From a virus (taxonomy: Duplodnaviria > Caudoviricetes): DNA of 64,000 nucleotides. How positions within the stretch are numbered: position 1 is the stretch's first letter; each line of letters begins with the position of its first letter. This document shows positions 28,047 to 37,713 of this stretch, in pieces. Location of the stretch: IMG/VR virus record IMGVR_UViG_3300036770_007283; one strand, given 5' to 3'. The notes beneath the pieces were generated by a model, which was given only the letters and a program-made list of their open reading frames with translations, had not been told where the DNA came from and searched no databases. Both the position numbers and the translations under genes were made by a program.

Positions 28047-29624
28047 CTATGTAAAAATAATTCTGTTGGTAGACATCATGGCATCTTGAACATGATTCTC
28101 TGCTTTATTTCTACGTGCAGCAGGGATAACACGACCTTTCTCGTCAAAGGTAACCTTGCTAACTGGTAGTCCTAATTTTGGACAATATAGTTCAACAGAA
28201 GTTGGAACTTTAATTAAGTCACCACGATCATAAGCTTCTTTTATCATTTGCTTGCGAATAGATGTATCAGAAGAGTGTTTTAGTAATTGTGTAAATTGTT
28301 CAAATGCTACGGCAAACTTGTCAGAACCAAATCTTTTTCCAATTACATCAAGAACGTCTTCTGCAATCTTATAGTCCTTGGTTGCTACACCATCAATCAT
28401 CTTGTCCATTAGCTGCTGATAACTCATTGAACCAAGTGGACCTTCATCTCTAGCAATCTTTACAGACTGATGTGTTGATGATAATGAGTCAGCAAATCTT
28501 TCAAAGCCTTCCTTGGAAAAGTCAAAGATAACTTCTTCTTTTGAAGTGGCTTTGGTTGCAAACTTTCTAGGCAACATAATGGCGGGGCCCTTTATTTCTA
28601 CTGGTACTTCTATCCTGCTTTTACCTAATCTAGTAGGAATATCAGCAGAAAGAATTAAACCACGTTCATTAGAGCTTGCAACTTTAATATCTGCTCTGGG
28701 AATATTAAAACTGGAAAGTTCTGCTGATAAAGTATTTATTGCCATATTGACTTGGCTTGTGCTGAATTTAGAAGCAGCGGCAACCAAGGAGCTTTCTAGT
28801 CTTTCCAGGTCTTCAAAGCCGGCAGGTAGGGCGACTTGCTTTTCTTCTAGGATGCTTTCGCCGGTACCACGCTCTGAGGCAAACTTTCTATTAGCTCTAT
28901 CATTGCCATCTTTTTCTGATTCTCTGATTGCAGTATACAAAGAAGTAGAATCTAGATTGACGGTTTCACCACCTAAGATAATTAGGTTAGGCTCCTTGGT
29001 TACGCCATCGCTAATTTGAACTGGGATTAAGGCTGAAGCCTTCTTCATTCCGGTGGTCTTATAATTGGCAGAACAGAGTGCAAAGTGTTCGTTTGCATGA
29101 ACAACGTCAACTCCCTCTGGTGTATGACCCAAGCCACTTAGCTTTGCCATTACAGCCTTTTGAATTGACTTATCTTTACCAGGCTTAAAAGTTCCAAAAG
29201 AAGAATCGCCGCCCAAAGAAAATAAAACAGAGAATGCATTAGACAATTCTGATTCTTTGTGGAGGGGCTGCACATTCTTTTCTTCCATAGTTCTTAGATT
29301 AGAACCAGGGTAGGCAACCTTGGCGAACTGACGGCTATCAGGAAGCAAATCACCTAAGGATTCGCGGAATCCAGTATGTCCACCAGATAATCCATACATC
29401 CTGTCATATAGGCTGCCAATTTCTTTTTGATTAATAAATTCTTTATTGCTAGCAACTTTGGATAGAACATCACGCATGTTGCCAATTAATTGATCGGTAG
29501 GATGTTTTTCCGCAGCTTTTTCAAGTCTTGCAACGACATAATTAATTGGGTAACTCTGGCCTTCTTCAAGCCTATTTATTATTGAGCTAGCTTCTTTGAG
29601 TATATTTTTAATTTCTTTGCTCAT
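28047..29624 (-). CDS. Hypothetical virion-type protein
   Basis: 525 aa; K-x-A/S motifs (FAKVA|Y, NRKFA|S, SVKIA|R, LLKHS|S) separate apparent sub-domains. Confidence 0.65.
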   Translation of the reverse strand: MSKEIKNILKEASSIINRLEEGQSYPINYVVARLEKAAEKHPTDQLIGNMRDVLSKVASNKEFINQKEIGSLYDRMYGLSGGHTGFRESLGDLLPDSRQFAKVAYPGSNLRTMEEKNVQPLHKESELSNAFSVLFSLGGDSSFGTFKPGKDKSIQKAVMAKLSGLGHTPEGVDVVHANEHFALCSANYKTTGMKKASALIPVQISDGVTKEPNLIILGGETVNLDSTSLYTAIRESEKDGNDRANRKFASERGTGESILEEKQVALPAGFEDLERLESSLVAAASKFSTSQVNMAINTLSAELSSFNIPRADIKVASSNERGLILSADIPTRLGKSRIEVPVEIKGPAIMLPRKFATKATSKEEVIFDFSKEGFERFADSLSSTHQSVKIARDEGPLGSMSYQQLMDKMIDGVATKDYKIAEDVLDVIGKRFGSDKFAVAFEQFTQLLKHSSDTSIRKQMIKEAYDRGDLIKVPTSVELYCPKLGLPVSKVTFDEKGRVIPAARRNKAENHVQDAMMSTNRIIFT

Positions 29625-29627
29625 TTT

Positions 29628-30137
29628 TTACCCTTTTATAATCTTTCTTAATTCTGGAAACTCACTCATTAGAGCCAAACGCTTTGACTCCGGTTGTTCC
29701 ATTAATACATCCTTAACGAAAGTTTCATCATTAACATTTTCAAGTAAAGCAGTTTTGAAAGTAAAAATACTTTCTTTGTCAAATCCGAAGTTATCAGATG
29801 AGAATCTGGCAATAGGCACCTTCTTATAAGAAAGTGTGATATCGCTTTTGTCATAGCTGCTAACTACCGTCCAGTCTCCACGACCTTCGCTTTCATACTG
29901 GGGGTCAGAAGCTCTGATGAGGTAGGGCTTTCCTTCTACTTCAGAAACGGCCCATAATCCATTGTAAGGATCATCACTATGACGATAGACATCAAAGGCT
30001 ACCTTCTTAATAACACCGTCATCTTCTAAGCTCTTAGAATAAGCAATCTTGTCTTGGTCGCCCAAACTAGGTGCATTTCTTTTTACTACTTCTTCCAAGA
30101 CTTTATCTATGTTTGCCAAATATTTTTCTTTAGACAT
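29628..30137 (-). CDS. Hypothetical virion-type protein
   Basis: 169 aa; QDKIA|Y and IKKVA|F; GAGG RBS. Confidence 0.6.
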   Translation of the reverse strand: MSKEKYLANIDKVLEEVVKRNAPSLGDQDKIAYSKSLEDDGVIKKVAFDVYRHSDDPYNGLWAVSEVEGKPYLIRASDPQYESEGRGDWTVVSSYDKSDITLSYKKVPIARFSSDNFGFDKESIFTFKTALLENVNDETFVKDVLMEQPESKRLALMSEFPELRKIIKG

Positions 30138-30188
30138 TATACGCCTCTACTTAAATTTTCAATGTTATTAATAGAAATTTGCCCCGTT

Positions 30189-30623
30189 TCATTCCCCAGA
30201 GCCAACTTTGCTTTCTTCAATTCTTTTCAAAATATCCTTAATCTTCTTATTGTTTCTGCAAGCCTTTCTTAATTTTTTAATAATTCCGCCATATCTTTTT
30301 TTATCATTTTTATAGTCAATATTCCCGTGCATGGCTTTATGAACAGCAGATTGTGTAATACCAAGATGATCAGCTATTTCATTTTGTGTCTTACCCATAA
30401 GCCTCATAAGTAATATTTTTTTCTGATGTTCTGTTAAAAAATCACCATGCACAACATCATAAATTTCTTCTAGCAAATTTTCCTTTAAATCTTCAATCCT
30501 TTCGTCTACTTCATTTTCTGACAAAATATGGTGAATTCCCCTTTCGACAGGAAAATTGTTTAATTTATTTTGCTCAAAAGAGATCTCTACAATCTTATAT
30601 TGATATAGTTTGCTTTTATTCAT
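30189..30623 (-). CDS. Sigma-70 region-4-type HTH protein
   Basis: FLTEHQKKILLMRLMGKTQNEIADHLGITQSAVHK matches sigma region 4/LuxR HTH; no region 2 visible. Confidence 0.75.
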   Translation of the reverse strand: MNKSKLYQYKIVEISFEQNKLNNFPVERGIHHILSENEVDERIEDLKENLLEEIYDVVHGDFLTEHQKKILLMRLMGKTQNEIADHLGITQSAVHKAMHGNIDYKNDKKRYGGIIKKLRKACRNNKKIKDILKRIEESKVGSGE

Positions 30624-31391
30624 TTAGCCTTCCCAATTAGGTATATAAGGTTCTAAGTCACTTAAGAATGACTTCTGGGTGCCGCCATTAGCAAAATATT
30701 CATCAACATCTTTGCAGCCCTTGGGTAATAATAAAAATCTTAACTTTATACCGTTATTGGAATATTTGGTAGCAATTCTTTTCATTGAATTTTGACCACC
30801 ATCATCCCGGTCTAGTATGAAAGTTATCTTGGAAGTATATCGTGCTAGTTTTAAGAAATGATTCTTAGAAAAAGCAGTTCCACAAATGGCAACGGAATTC
30901 TTAATACCATTAGAATCTAACGCTATATGATCAAAATATCCCTCTACAACAAAAGCATTTTGTTCTTTTAATAAAGATGCCCTAGAGTTATTAAGCCCAT
31001 AAAGAAAGTTAGCCTTTTTAAAGCTACTGTTTTTATACTTTGGTAACTCTAGGACACTCCGTTGTGTGTCTGGTAAAAGCGTTCTACCACCAATACCAAC
31101 TGGATCTCCATATTCAGAATAAATTGGAAATATTAAATAAAAAAATTCTGAGAACCGACTGGTCTCAGAATAGTCTATAATATTAAGCTTCTGCATTACA
31201 CTAGGTGATACAAACCTGGTAAGCTTAGAAGTGTTCTGTGGAAAGTAACCTAGGCCATATTTTATAATAGCCTCATCAGCAAGGCCCCTTTTATTTTTTA
31301 AATAATTAGCGCATTCTTCTGAATTTTTTAGGTTATCTTGGCAGATCTTTACTAACTTCTTTAGTTCATCAGTTACATCATTTGAAGTCAT
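30624..31391 (-). CDS. dnaG: DnaG-type primase catalytic core (RNAP + TOPRIM), lacking the N-terminal zinc-binding domain
   Basis: YLKNKRGL, LIFPI...VGIGGR, KYKNS, LYGLN, TOPRIM VVEGYFDHIAL and ILDRDDGG, KDVDEY. The ORF starts at the position just after where the ZBD would be. Confidence 0.88.
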   Translation of the reverse strand: MTSNDVTDELKKLVKICQDNLKNSEECANYLKNKRGLADEAIIKYGLGYFPQNTSKLTRFVSPSVMQKLNIIDYSETSRFSEFFYLIFPIYSEYGDPVGIGGRTLLPDTQRSVLELPKYKNSSFKKANFLYGLNNSRASLLKEQNAFVVEGYFDHIALDSNGIKNSVAICGTAFSKNHFLKLARYTSKITFILDRDDGGQNSMKRIATKYSNNGIKLRFLLLPKGCKDVDEYFANGGTQKSFLSDLEPYIPNWEG

Positions 31392-31394
31392 TAA

Positions 31395-31775
31395 TTACTC
31401 CAATTCTTCTTGGTAAGTTTCTGTTTCTTCAAGATTAGATTCTTTTAGCTTATTAAGATCTTTCATAGCTGAAATAATAAACTTAGATACATTAAAATTG
31501 CAATCTTGATCACAATTTAATCCAGAAAGTTTGTTTTCTTCCAGGCAGGTTTCTACCTTTTTATTACAAGTTGTACAATCAAACTGAAAAGGCTTTCTCT
31601 TATCTAGACGAACAATATCGCCACGCTGTTTCATGCTTAATTTTACAAATTTTGATACTGGAACTATTTTTGAACAAAATTCACAAATTACTTCATCCAA
31701 ATCGACATCTAATGAGGCATTTGTTGTAATTCTTTTTCCAGGACAACCAGGTAGACAATTAATAAGCATTATCAC
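31395..31775 (-). CDS. Cys-rich putative zinc-binding protein
   Basis: CLPGC, CEFC, CTTC and CDQDC motifs; 3 nt upstream of the primase. Confidence 0.6.
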   Translation of the reverse strand: MIMLINCLPGCPGKRITTNASLDVDLDEVICEFCSKIVPVSKFVKLSMKQRGDIVRLDKRKPFQFDCTTCNKKVETCLEENKLSGLNCDQDCNFNVSKFIISAMKDLNKLKESNLEETETYQEELE

Positions 31776-31793
31776 TCTCCCATATTAATAGAA

Positions 31794-32957
31794 TTAAAAA
31801 ATCTCTTCCGCAGTTTCTGGAAATTTTTCTTCACGACCTTCGCCATCAATAGTTACATCGCCGCCATCCATATAAGCAGACCTTACCTTTTCTTCAATTA
31901 AAGAAAGGTTGCTATTGACAAAATCTAAAGCAAGCTCTCTAGAAGATAGCTTTTCGCCCTCTACAACGTAAGTTCTATTATTGGGACGTTCGATAATTCC
32001 GTACATACATCCAAGATCCAAAAGCTGTTCGTTCTTATATGCAACACCAGATGTGAAGTTGATGAAAAATTCTGCATTCTTAAATGGTTTACCCATCTTA
32101 TTTTTTTCTACCTTAATACGAATCTTGTGACCATACTTCTCTTCATTCTTATCTTCTAGAACATTTTCTGCACCAGACATTGGAGCAACCATCAACATAA
32201 CACTGCAAGCGTGCTTCCAAGCTGCACCGCCTGGTGTGGTTTCTGGATTTCCAAACATAACCCCTACTTGTGTCTTAACATGGTTGATTGCAATAAAGCA
32301 AACATTGGAATCAGCAACAGCAGGAGTCAACTTACGCAACTCTACAGTAAGGAATCTTGAAAGTGGTGCTACTTGCATCTTTCCAACCTCAGAAGATACT
32401 TCAGCAGGTGCTGCCATAGCAGCCACAGAGTCTAATACAACAACACCCATCTTACCTAGGTTTAGCTTAACACTTTTGTTATTAACCTTGTGTGTAATAA
32501 CTGCACCCTCCCTAACCATCTCCAACAGTCCAGGGGTTGTGGTCATCTTACCAGTCGCCTTATTAACCTTTGGACGACCTACCAACCCCTCAAAAATCTT
32601 TTGTGCTTCATTGGTTTTAATCAACAAAACTCTTTCATTATCTACTCCCAATTTTGCAGCCCAATCAGAATCATAAGTATATTCTGCATCAATAAAGCAA
32701 CAGCAATTCTCTGGGTCTTTTGACTGCCACTCTGCCATAGCAATTAAAGCCATGAATGTTTTGCCAGAGGATGGTTTGCCAGCCATCTGATAGATTCTAC
32801 CCCTAGCCCAACCACCAATCTGTAAAGCACGGTCTAGAGCAGGTGCCCGGGTTGTAAATACAGAAACTTTTTCAATCTCATCTGGATGGCGTACAGTTCC
32901 GCCAAACATTTCATTGATGTGATCCCAGGCTTGTGCTTCAGTCATTTCTTTCGACAT
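31794..32957 (-). CDS. recA: RecA/UvsX recombinase
   Basis: Walker A GKPSSGKT, FIDAEY, Walker B VVLDSVAA, and AINHVKTQVGVMFGNPETTPGG. Confidence 0.95.
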   Translation of the reverse strand: MSKEMTEAQAWDHINEMFGGTVRHPDEIEKVSVFTTRAPALDRALQIGGWARGRIYQMAGKPSSGKTFMALIAMAEWQSKDPENCCCFIDAEYTYDSDWAAKLGVDNERVLLIKTNEAQKIFEGLVGRPKVNKATGKMTTTPGLLEMVREGAVITHKVNNKSVKLNLGKMGVVVLDSVAAMAAPAEVSSEVGKMQVAPLSRFLTVELRKLTPAVADSNVCFIAINHVKTQVGVMFGNPETTPGGAAWKHACSVMLMVAPMSGAENVLEDKNEEKYGHKIRIKVEKNKMGKPFKNAEFFINFTSGVAYKNEQLLDLGCMYGIIERPNNRTYVVEGEKLSSRELALDFVNSNLSLIEEKVRSAYMDGGDVTIDGEGREEKFPETAEEIF

Positions 32958-32973
32958 ATATCAACTCCTTAAT

Positions 32974-34629
32974 TTAGTGTTTGTGATTTAGGCCAGTTTC
33001 ATTTGGTAAGCGATACCCCGCAACTGGTTGCCAGCCAGATTGCTTAAAAGGATCATCTGCAATAACAGCATCTGTGGTTAGAAGTAGATGCGCAATGCTA
33101 ATGGCATTTTCTAGTGCAGTTCTGGTTACCTTCTTTGGATCAATGACGCCCATTTCAATAAGGTCACCAAAATTCTCAGTAGCAGTATTATACCCATAAT
33201 CTACTGTGCCAACTTCTAGTTCACTTAAAATTTCTTGTGGATCCAAACCTGCATTAAGGATAATCTGAGCAGCAGGCGCCCGACAAGCATCAATTAAAAC
33301 CTCTGCGGCTGGATGCAAAGCGAATGGTAATGATTGACGCATTTTAATTCTAGTCTCTTCTGCAGCGTGCCAAAGAGCATGGCCACCACCAACAACATAA
33401 CCCTCATCAATGGCTGCTTTGACAGCAAAAACTGCATCTTCTACGCGGTCACCCTTCTCCCTTAGCTCTAGCTCTGTTGCATAACCCACGGTAATAACAG
33501 CAACCTTGCTACTTAGGAAACCAAGGCGATCCCTAATATCCTTATGCTCTGTATCGCCCAATGGATGCTTTAACCATTCACGATAGTGAGAAACCTTCTT
33601 ATTAACCAATCCTTCATTTTTATTTGGGCCAATAATTTTAGTTTTGTAACTTTCTACAATAACTCTATTAGCATGACCAAAATGTGAAAGATCAAAGTCG
33701 GAAAGTGGAATGCCAAAATCACCACCAACAATAGTTGACCCAGTAAGTGCAGCAAAGTCTTCCAACCATTCCTTACGGTTTTTGCCGAAGTTAGGAATTT
33801 TGATAGCACAAACATTTAATCTACCTGCTTGAAAATTGGTGGTAAAAAATCCAAGCCCTTCCTTTTTAAGATCCTTGCAAAGAAGTAGGATTTCACCCTG
33901 AGTTCCTGCGATCTTCTTCATAGCATTTTGAAAATCTGTTTCTGCGTGCGTAGTGATTTCATAATCAAAGATTAGAATTCTTACATCATTGAGTTCCCGC
34001 TTCGACTCATCCTTGTTAAGGAAGCTTTGTGAAATGTAGCCAGAGTCTAATTCAATACCATCAATAACCCGAACTGAATTAGGTACGCCTGGCATTGCCT
34101 CTGCGGTAATCAAGCCTTCCCTATTTACTGCAATATAAGCTTCTGCAATAACACGACCTAAATCAGGATCATTATTGGTAGAAATAGTTGCAATATGGTG
34201 CAGCGATTGATCATCACTTAGTGGCTTTGACATCTTGGAAAGCTCATCCAAGATAGAAGTTTTGGCCCAATCCATACCTTTTCTAAAGTTTAAAGGACTG
34301 TAGCCTGAATTCATTAGCTGTAATCCTTGCTTAAAGATAGCATGTGTTAAAACTGTTGCAGTAGTGGTTCCATCACCTGCAACTGCCGCTGTACGACCCG
34401 CGGCTTCCTTTACTAACTGACAGCCAAGCTCTTCGATGGGATCATCTAAGACCACCTCTCTGGCTACTGAAACACCATCCTTGGTAATGGTTGGCGCCCC
34501 AATCGTTCTACCAATAATTACATTCTTGCCACGAGGCCCCATAGTTACTTGAACAGTTCTGGTTAGTTTTTCAACACCAGTGAGTACTTTTTGTCTAGCG
34601 TCATTTCCATATTCTAATAGTTTTGCCAT
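32974..34629 (-). CDS. groEL: GroEL-like chaperonin
   Basis: VTMGPRGKNV, ITKDGVSVARE, AGDGTTTATVL, AAIDEGYVVGGG, MGVIDPKKVTRTALENA. Lacks the C-terminal GGM tail. Confidence 0.95.
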   Translation of the reverse strand: MAKLLEYGNDARQKVLTGVEKLTRTVQVTMGPRGKNVIIGRTIGAPTITKDGVSVAREVVLDDPIEELGCQLVKEAAGRTAAVAGDGTTTATVLTHAIFKQGLQLMNSGYSPLNFRKGMDWAKTSILDELSKMSKPLSDDQSLHHIATISTNNDPDLGRVIAEAYIAVNREGLITAEAMPGVPNSVRVIDGIELDSGYISQSFLNKDESKRELNDVRILIFDYEITTHAETDFQNAMKKIAGTQGEILLLCKDLKKEGLGFFTTNFQAGRLNVCAIKIPNFGKNRKEWLEDFAALTGSTIVGGDFGIPLSDFDLSHFGHANRVIVESYKTKIIGPNKNEGLVNKKVSHYREWLKHPLGDTEHKDIRDRLGFLSSKVAVITVGYATELELREKGDRVEDAVFAVKAAIDEGYVVGGGHALWHAAEETRIKMRQSLPFALHPAAEVLIDACRAPAAQIILNAGLDPQEILSELEVGTVDYGYNTATENFGDLIEMGVIDPKKVTRTALENAISIAHLLLTTDAVIADDPFKQSGWQPVAGYRLPNETGLNHKH

Positions 34630-34898
34630 TATATCTTCCTAAATATTTCTAGGTTAAAAAATATTACCTCTTGAAGAGGAATGGGTAATTTATCAATTAA
34701 TTCTTCTAGTGATACATAATAATTGTTATTATAAATCCAATCACCAGAATAGTTGTTAAGAATTGTTCCTTCCGAAAAAGTTATCTTGGTATGAAACTTA
34801 AGATATACGCTTCCGGAAGTATTTGTAATAATCTTCTTTGGATAGTTTGGATAAGCCTGCGGAATTATTTCTATTTGAAATGTAATCGCTTCTTTCAA
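34629..34898 (-). CDS. Small hypothetical protein
   Basis: 89-aa ORF coupled to the RuvC-like gene and groEL. Confidence 0.5.
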   Translation of the reverse strand: MKEAITFQIEIIPQAYPNYPKKIITNTSGSVYLKFHTKITFSEGTILNNYSGDWIYNNNYYVSLEELIDKLPIPLQEVIFFNLEIFRKI

Positions 34899-35449
34899 GG
34901 TTTACTCAATTTGCTATGCTCCAGATAATATCCCAGAGCCACGATTATAGAGTCTGCTTCGTCGTAGCACTCTTTTTTAATATTACCTGCACGATTATTC
35001 TGCGTCAAAAAATTATTAAACGTTTTCTTACAGAAGTTTAAAACATCTTCTTTATCATCAATATTGCAACTATATTTTGTTTTAACCAATTTTCTAAGTG
35101 AAGTCACTGGCATCCTAATTGGCTTAGACTTAAGAACACGGTATGTTGCCAGCCCGCAGACCTCATTGAAAGAAGATAATATTAAGATAGTATTTGCCGA
35201 GCTTTTACCTTTTGAAAATTTCTTCGCATAATCTTCGATGGCTACAACATCTGGTTTTTCTTTTTGAACTAAATTTGTTATAGCATCAAAAGCGTAATTT
35301 AGCCTAAAAGAAAAATTATCATCAGATTTTTTCTTTGAAGTAGGTTTGATGTGACCATAAGTTTTTAATCTAATATCCTGACCTACTTCCACTTCTAATA
35401 TTGACCAACCTATCGTAGCGGAAGATATATCTAAACCTAATATCAACAT
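34895..35449 (-). CDS. RuvC-like Holliday junction resolvase
   Basis: MLILGLDISSATIGWSI, VAIED, and DEADSIIVA (RNase H fold D-E-D-D pattern). Confidence 0.85.
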   Translation of the reverse strand: MLILGLDISSATIGWSILEVEVGQDIRLKTYGHIKPTSKKKSDDNFSFRLNYAFDAITNLVQKEKPDVVAIEDYAKKFSKGKSSANTILILSSFNEVCGLATYRVLKSKPIRMPVTSLRKLVKTKYSCNIDDKEDVLNFCKKTFNNFLTQNNRAGNIKKECYDEADSIIVALGYYLEHSKLSKP

Positions 35450-35480
35450 AAAGACTCCTAGAGTCTTTATGTTACCAAAT

Positions 35481-35527
35481 AAAAAAACCTAATTCACACG
35501 TGCGTGTGCGTGCGCGTGTGAATTAGG
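35481..35527 (-). terminator. Rho-independent terminator after the SSB gene
   Basis: 13-bp stem CCTAATTCACACG/CGTGTGAATTAGG, 14-nt loop, then TTTTTTT on the minus strand. Confidence 0.8.
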
Positions 35528-35545
35528 CTTGGTTCAAATTAACTA

Positions 35546-36211
35546 TCAGCTCTCGAAATTGAAGAAATCATCATCATCATTGGATTGCTGCTTTGACTTA
35601 GCACCACCCTTAGAATCAGCCTTGGGCTTGGTGGACTCGCCTTCACCCCAACCCATGATTTCACGAACAGATTCTGGTGAAGTAGGTTGTGTTAGCTTTA
35701 GCATATCGACACGATCATTAAACTTGTTAAAATCTTCACGGAAGGATGATTCCAGTGGTGATTTTGGTCGTGGAGTTACACGATAAAGTGGCTGTGTTCC
35801 AGGAGTTCCTCGTTCAATGGTAATATCGTAACCGGTTACTGGACCCCAATCTTCATCAAGATAAAGAGTCTTAATTCCGTTATAAATTTGGCTACCAATT
35901 TCAAGAAGTTTGAATTCGTTATTGGCACGATCCAAAACTTTGATCATCCAGCGTGGACGACGCTTAAAACCAGCATCCTCTAGTTTTCTAACTAACTTAG
36001 CATCACCAATTGGTGAGTTTACCTTACGCTTTTTACCATCTGGTGTATCGAGCCAGTGAATATAGAATTGAACTGGATTACCCATAATACGAACACGAGA
36101 CTTACCAACATCTAACTTCATAAAGTCATTCTTCATGCCAGAGGCTGCAGAACCTTCGCTAACATCACCTGAATTCCAATCAATTTCACCAAATACTACA
36201 TCTGAACCCAT
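35546..36211 (-). CDS. Phage single-stranded DNA-binding protein (gp32-like)
   Basis: FMKLDVGKSRVRIMG...HW, KLLEIGSQIY, GYDITIER..YRVTP, and an acidic tail DDDDFFNFES. Confidence 0.75.
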   Translation of the reverse strand: MGSDVVFGEIDWNSGDVSEGSAASGMKNDFMKLDVGKSRVRIMGNPVQFYIHWLDTPDGKKRKVNSPIGDAKLVRKLEDAGFKRRPRWMIKVLDRANNEFKLLEIGSQIYNGIKTLYLDEDWGPVTGYDITIERGTPGTQPLYRVTPRPKSPLESSFREDFNKFNDRVDMLKLTQPTSPESVREIMGWGEGESTKPKADSKGGAKSKQQSNDDDDFFNFES

Positions 36212-36293
36212 GTTTCTCTCCTTTGTTGTTGTTGTTTTGTGCTTGACTATTTAAGGCTTAATGCCATTGACGTCTTTGCTATTGTGTTATTGG

Positions 36294-36881
36294 CTATTCC
36301 TGCCATTTAATTTCGCCACAAATGTCATCCTCGTCTCTTTCTTTTTCATCATCATAACCAGGAGGACCATAACCCGACTGGCGACGTGCCGAGCTAACCT
36401 CTTCTTTATACCCACCCGCCTGGAAATTTCCAAGCGTCTCTAGTGAGTAATCTCTCTTTAAGAAAGTCTTGAAGGCGTAATGCCATCCCAAAAAATAATC
36501 TGCTTTATTTTCTAACCATTTCTTTGCTGCCTTAGCAATAGCAACTTCATTACAAGCATCAATATAGTCATCATCAGCCTGAGCAAACCATTCTTTATTT
36601 TTCACTACCTTATGACCTGCCGAATTAGCCTTCACTAGTGCGGCATTAGTCCAAGCTTTAGATCTGGCACCCTCCTTTATAGAAATCAACCTATCAACTT
36701 TTGCAATCAACTCTTGACAAATATTTTGCGCATGAAGCGTCATCACCAAGCCACGCTCTGCGATATTTAGATCCATCACACCGTTTCTTGGAAGCCAATC
36801 TGATACATTATCAATTTCTGTTGTATCAATATCTTCGACGGAAAAATTATCAATCCTGATTTTTTCTCTAAAAGTACCCAT
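36294..36881 (-). CDS. Possible UvsY-like recombination mediator
   Basis: Long helical protein with FAQADDDYIDA...KWLENKADYF, adjacent to SSB. Similarity is by recollection only. Confidence 0.35.
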   Translation of the reverse strand: MGTFREKIRIDNFSVEDIDTTEIDNVSDWLPRNGVMDLNIAERGLVMTLHAQNICQELIAKVDRLISIKEGARSKAWTNAALVKANSAGHKVVKNKEWFAQADDDYIDACNEVAIAKAAKKWLENKADYFLGWHYAFKTFLKRDYSLETLGNFQAGGYKEEVSSARRQSGYGPPGYDDEKERDEDDICGEIKWQE

Positions 36882-36889
36882 TTAAAACC

Positions 36890-37183
36890 TCACCTATCTT
36901 TCATTTCAAGTTTTGCAACCTTGGCTTCGAGCATGGCAATCTTTTCTACCCAGGAATCCAACTTTCGCAACTTTTGATTGTACATTAAGTTTAATAAAAA
37001 GAAGATTAAAATCATTGCAGTAGGTTGGTTAGCCGGTGGTGTAACAGAAATAATATCACCATCCTGATCTGTTACGAATAATCCAACAAACGCTTCCTTT
37101 CCAAAACTTTTCTCTAACTCTAGATAGTATTCAAATTCTTCTTTTGTAAGATTTAACTTTTGATTGGCAATTGCCTTAATCAT
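36890..37183 (-). CDS. Hypothetical protein
   Basis: 97-aa coupled ORF with a hydrophobic patch and a C-terminal coiled coil. Confidence 0.55.
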   Translation of the reverse strand: MIKAIANQKLNLTKEEFEYYLELEKSFGKEAFVGLFVTDQDGDIISVTPPANQPTAMILIFFLLNLMYNQKLRKLDSWVEKIAMLEAKVAKLEMKDR

Positions 37184-37713
37184 CAGGTACTCCTATTGAT
37201 ACCCTTGAACCCACCACGCTTAGAATGAATCGGTGCCTCTTTTCCAAGATTAGGGTTGGTTAAAACCCTCTGTTGATGTAACTTTCTTAGTCGCTCAGCC
37301 TTGTTAGATAAATCTTCTGGTAGAACATTACCATCATCATCTAACTGATCTAAGTGTTCTGCGTATTCTTTTTCAATCTCACTACGAATATCATCCTCTT
37401 CAACATAGTCAGATTCTTCAGAAGTGGCAATCACCTGACGGGCTGGTTTAGCACTTAAAGAGATATCTTCTAAAATCTGCTTCCCGATCCCACCCTTTAA
37501 TTCATTAAAGAAGAATAAAGAAATGTCATAAATCTGTGATTCGGTGAAAGAAGAAGAAAAACGTTCGGCACTAATTTTGTTCTGAATTAAAGTAATAATA
37601 TTGGTGTCACGATTTGAAAAAAGGCTAGAACCACAAGAAGGGCATAAATTCTTCATCAAGGCAAATCGCATTGATTCGTTAACGCCAAAACCACATTCAT
37701 TACAGTGCATCAT
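37183..37713 (-). CDS. Zinc-ribbon hypothetical protein
   Basis: N-terminal CNECG...CPSCG; 4-bp overlap with dnaE-C. Confidence 0.6.
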   Translation of the reverse strand: MMHCNECGFGVNESMRFALMKNLCPSCGSSLFSNRDTNIITLIQNKISAERFSSSFTESQIYDISLFFFNELKGGIGKQILEDISLSAKPARQVIATSEESDYVEEDDIRSEIEKEYAEHLDQLDDDGNVLPEDLSNKAERLRKLHQQRVLTNPNLGKEAPIHSKRGGFKGINRST

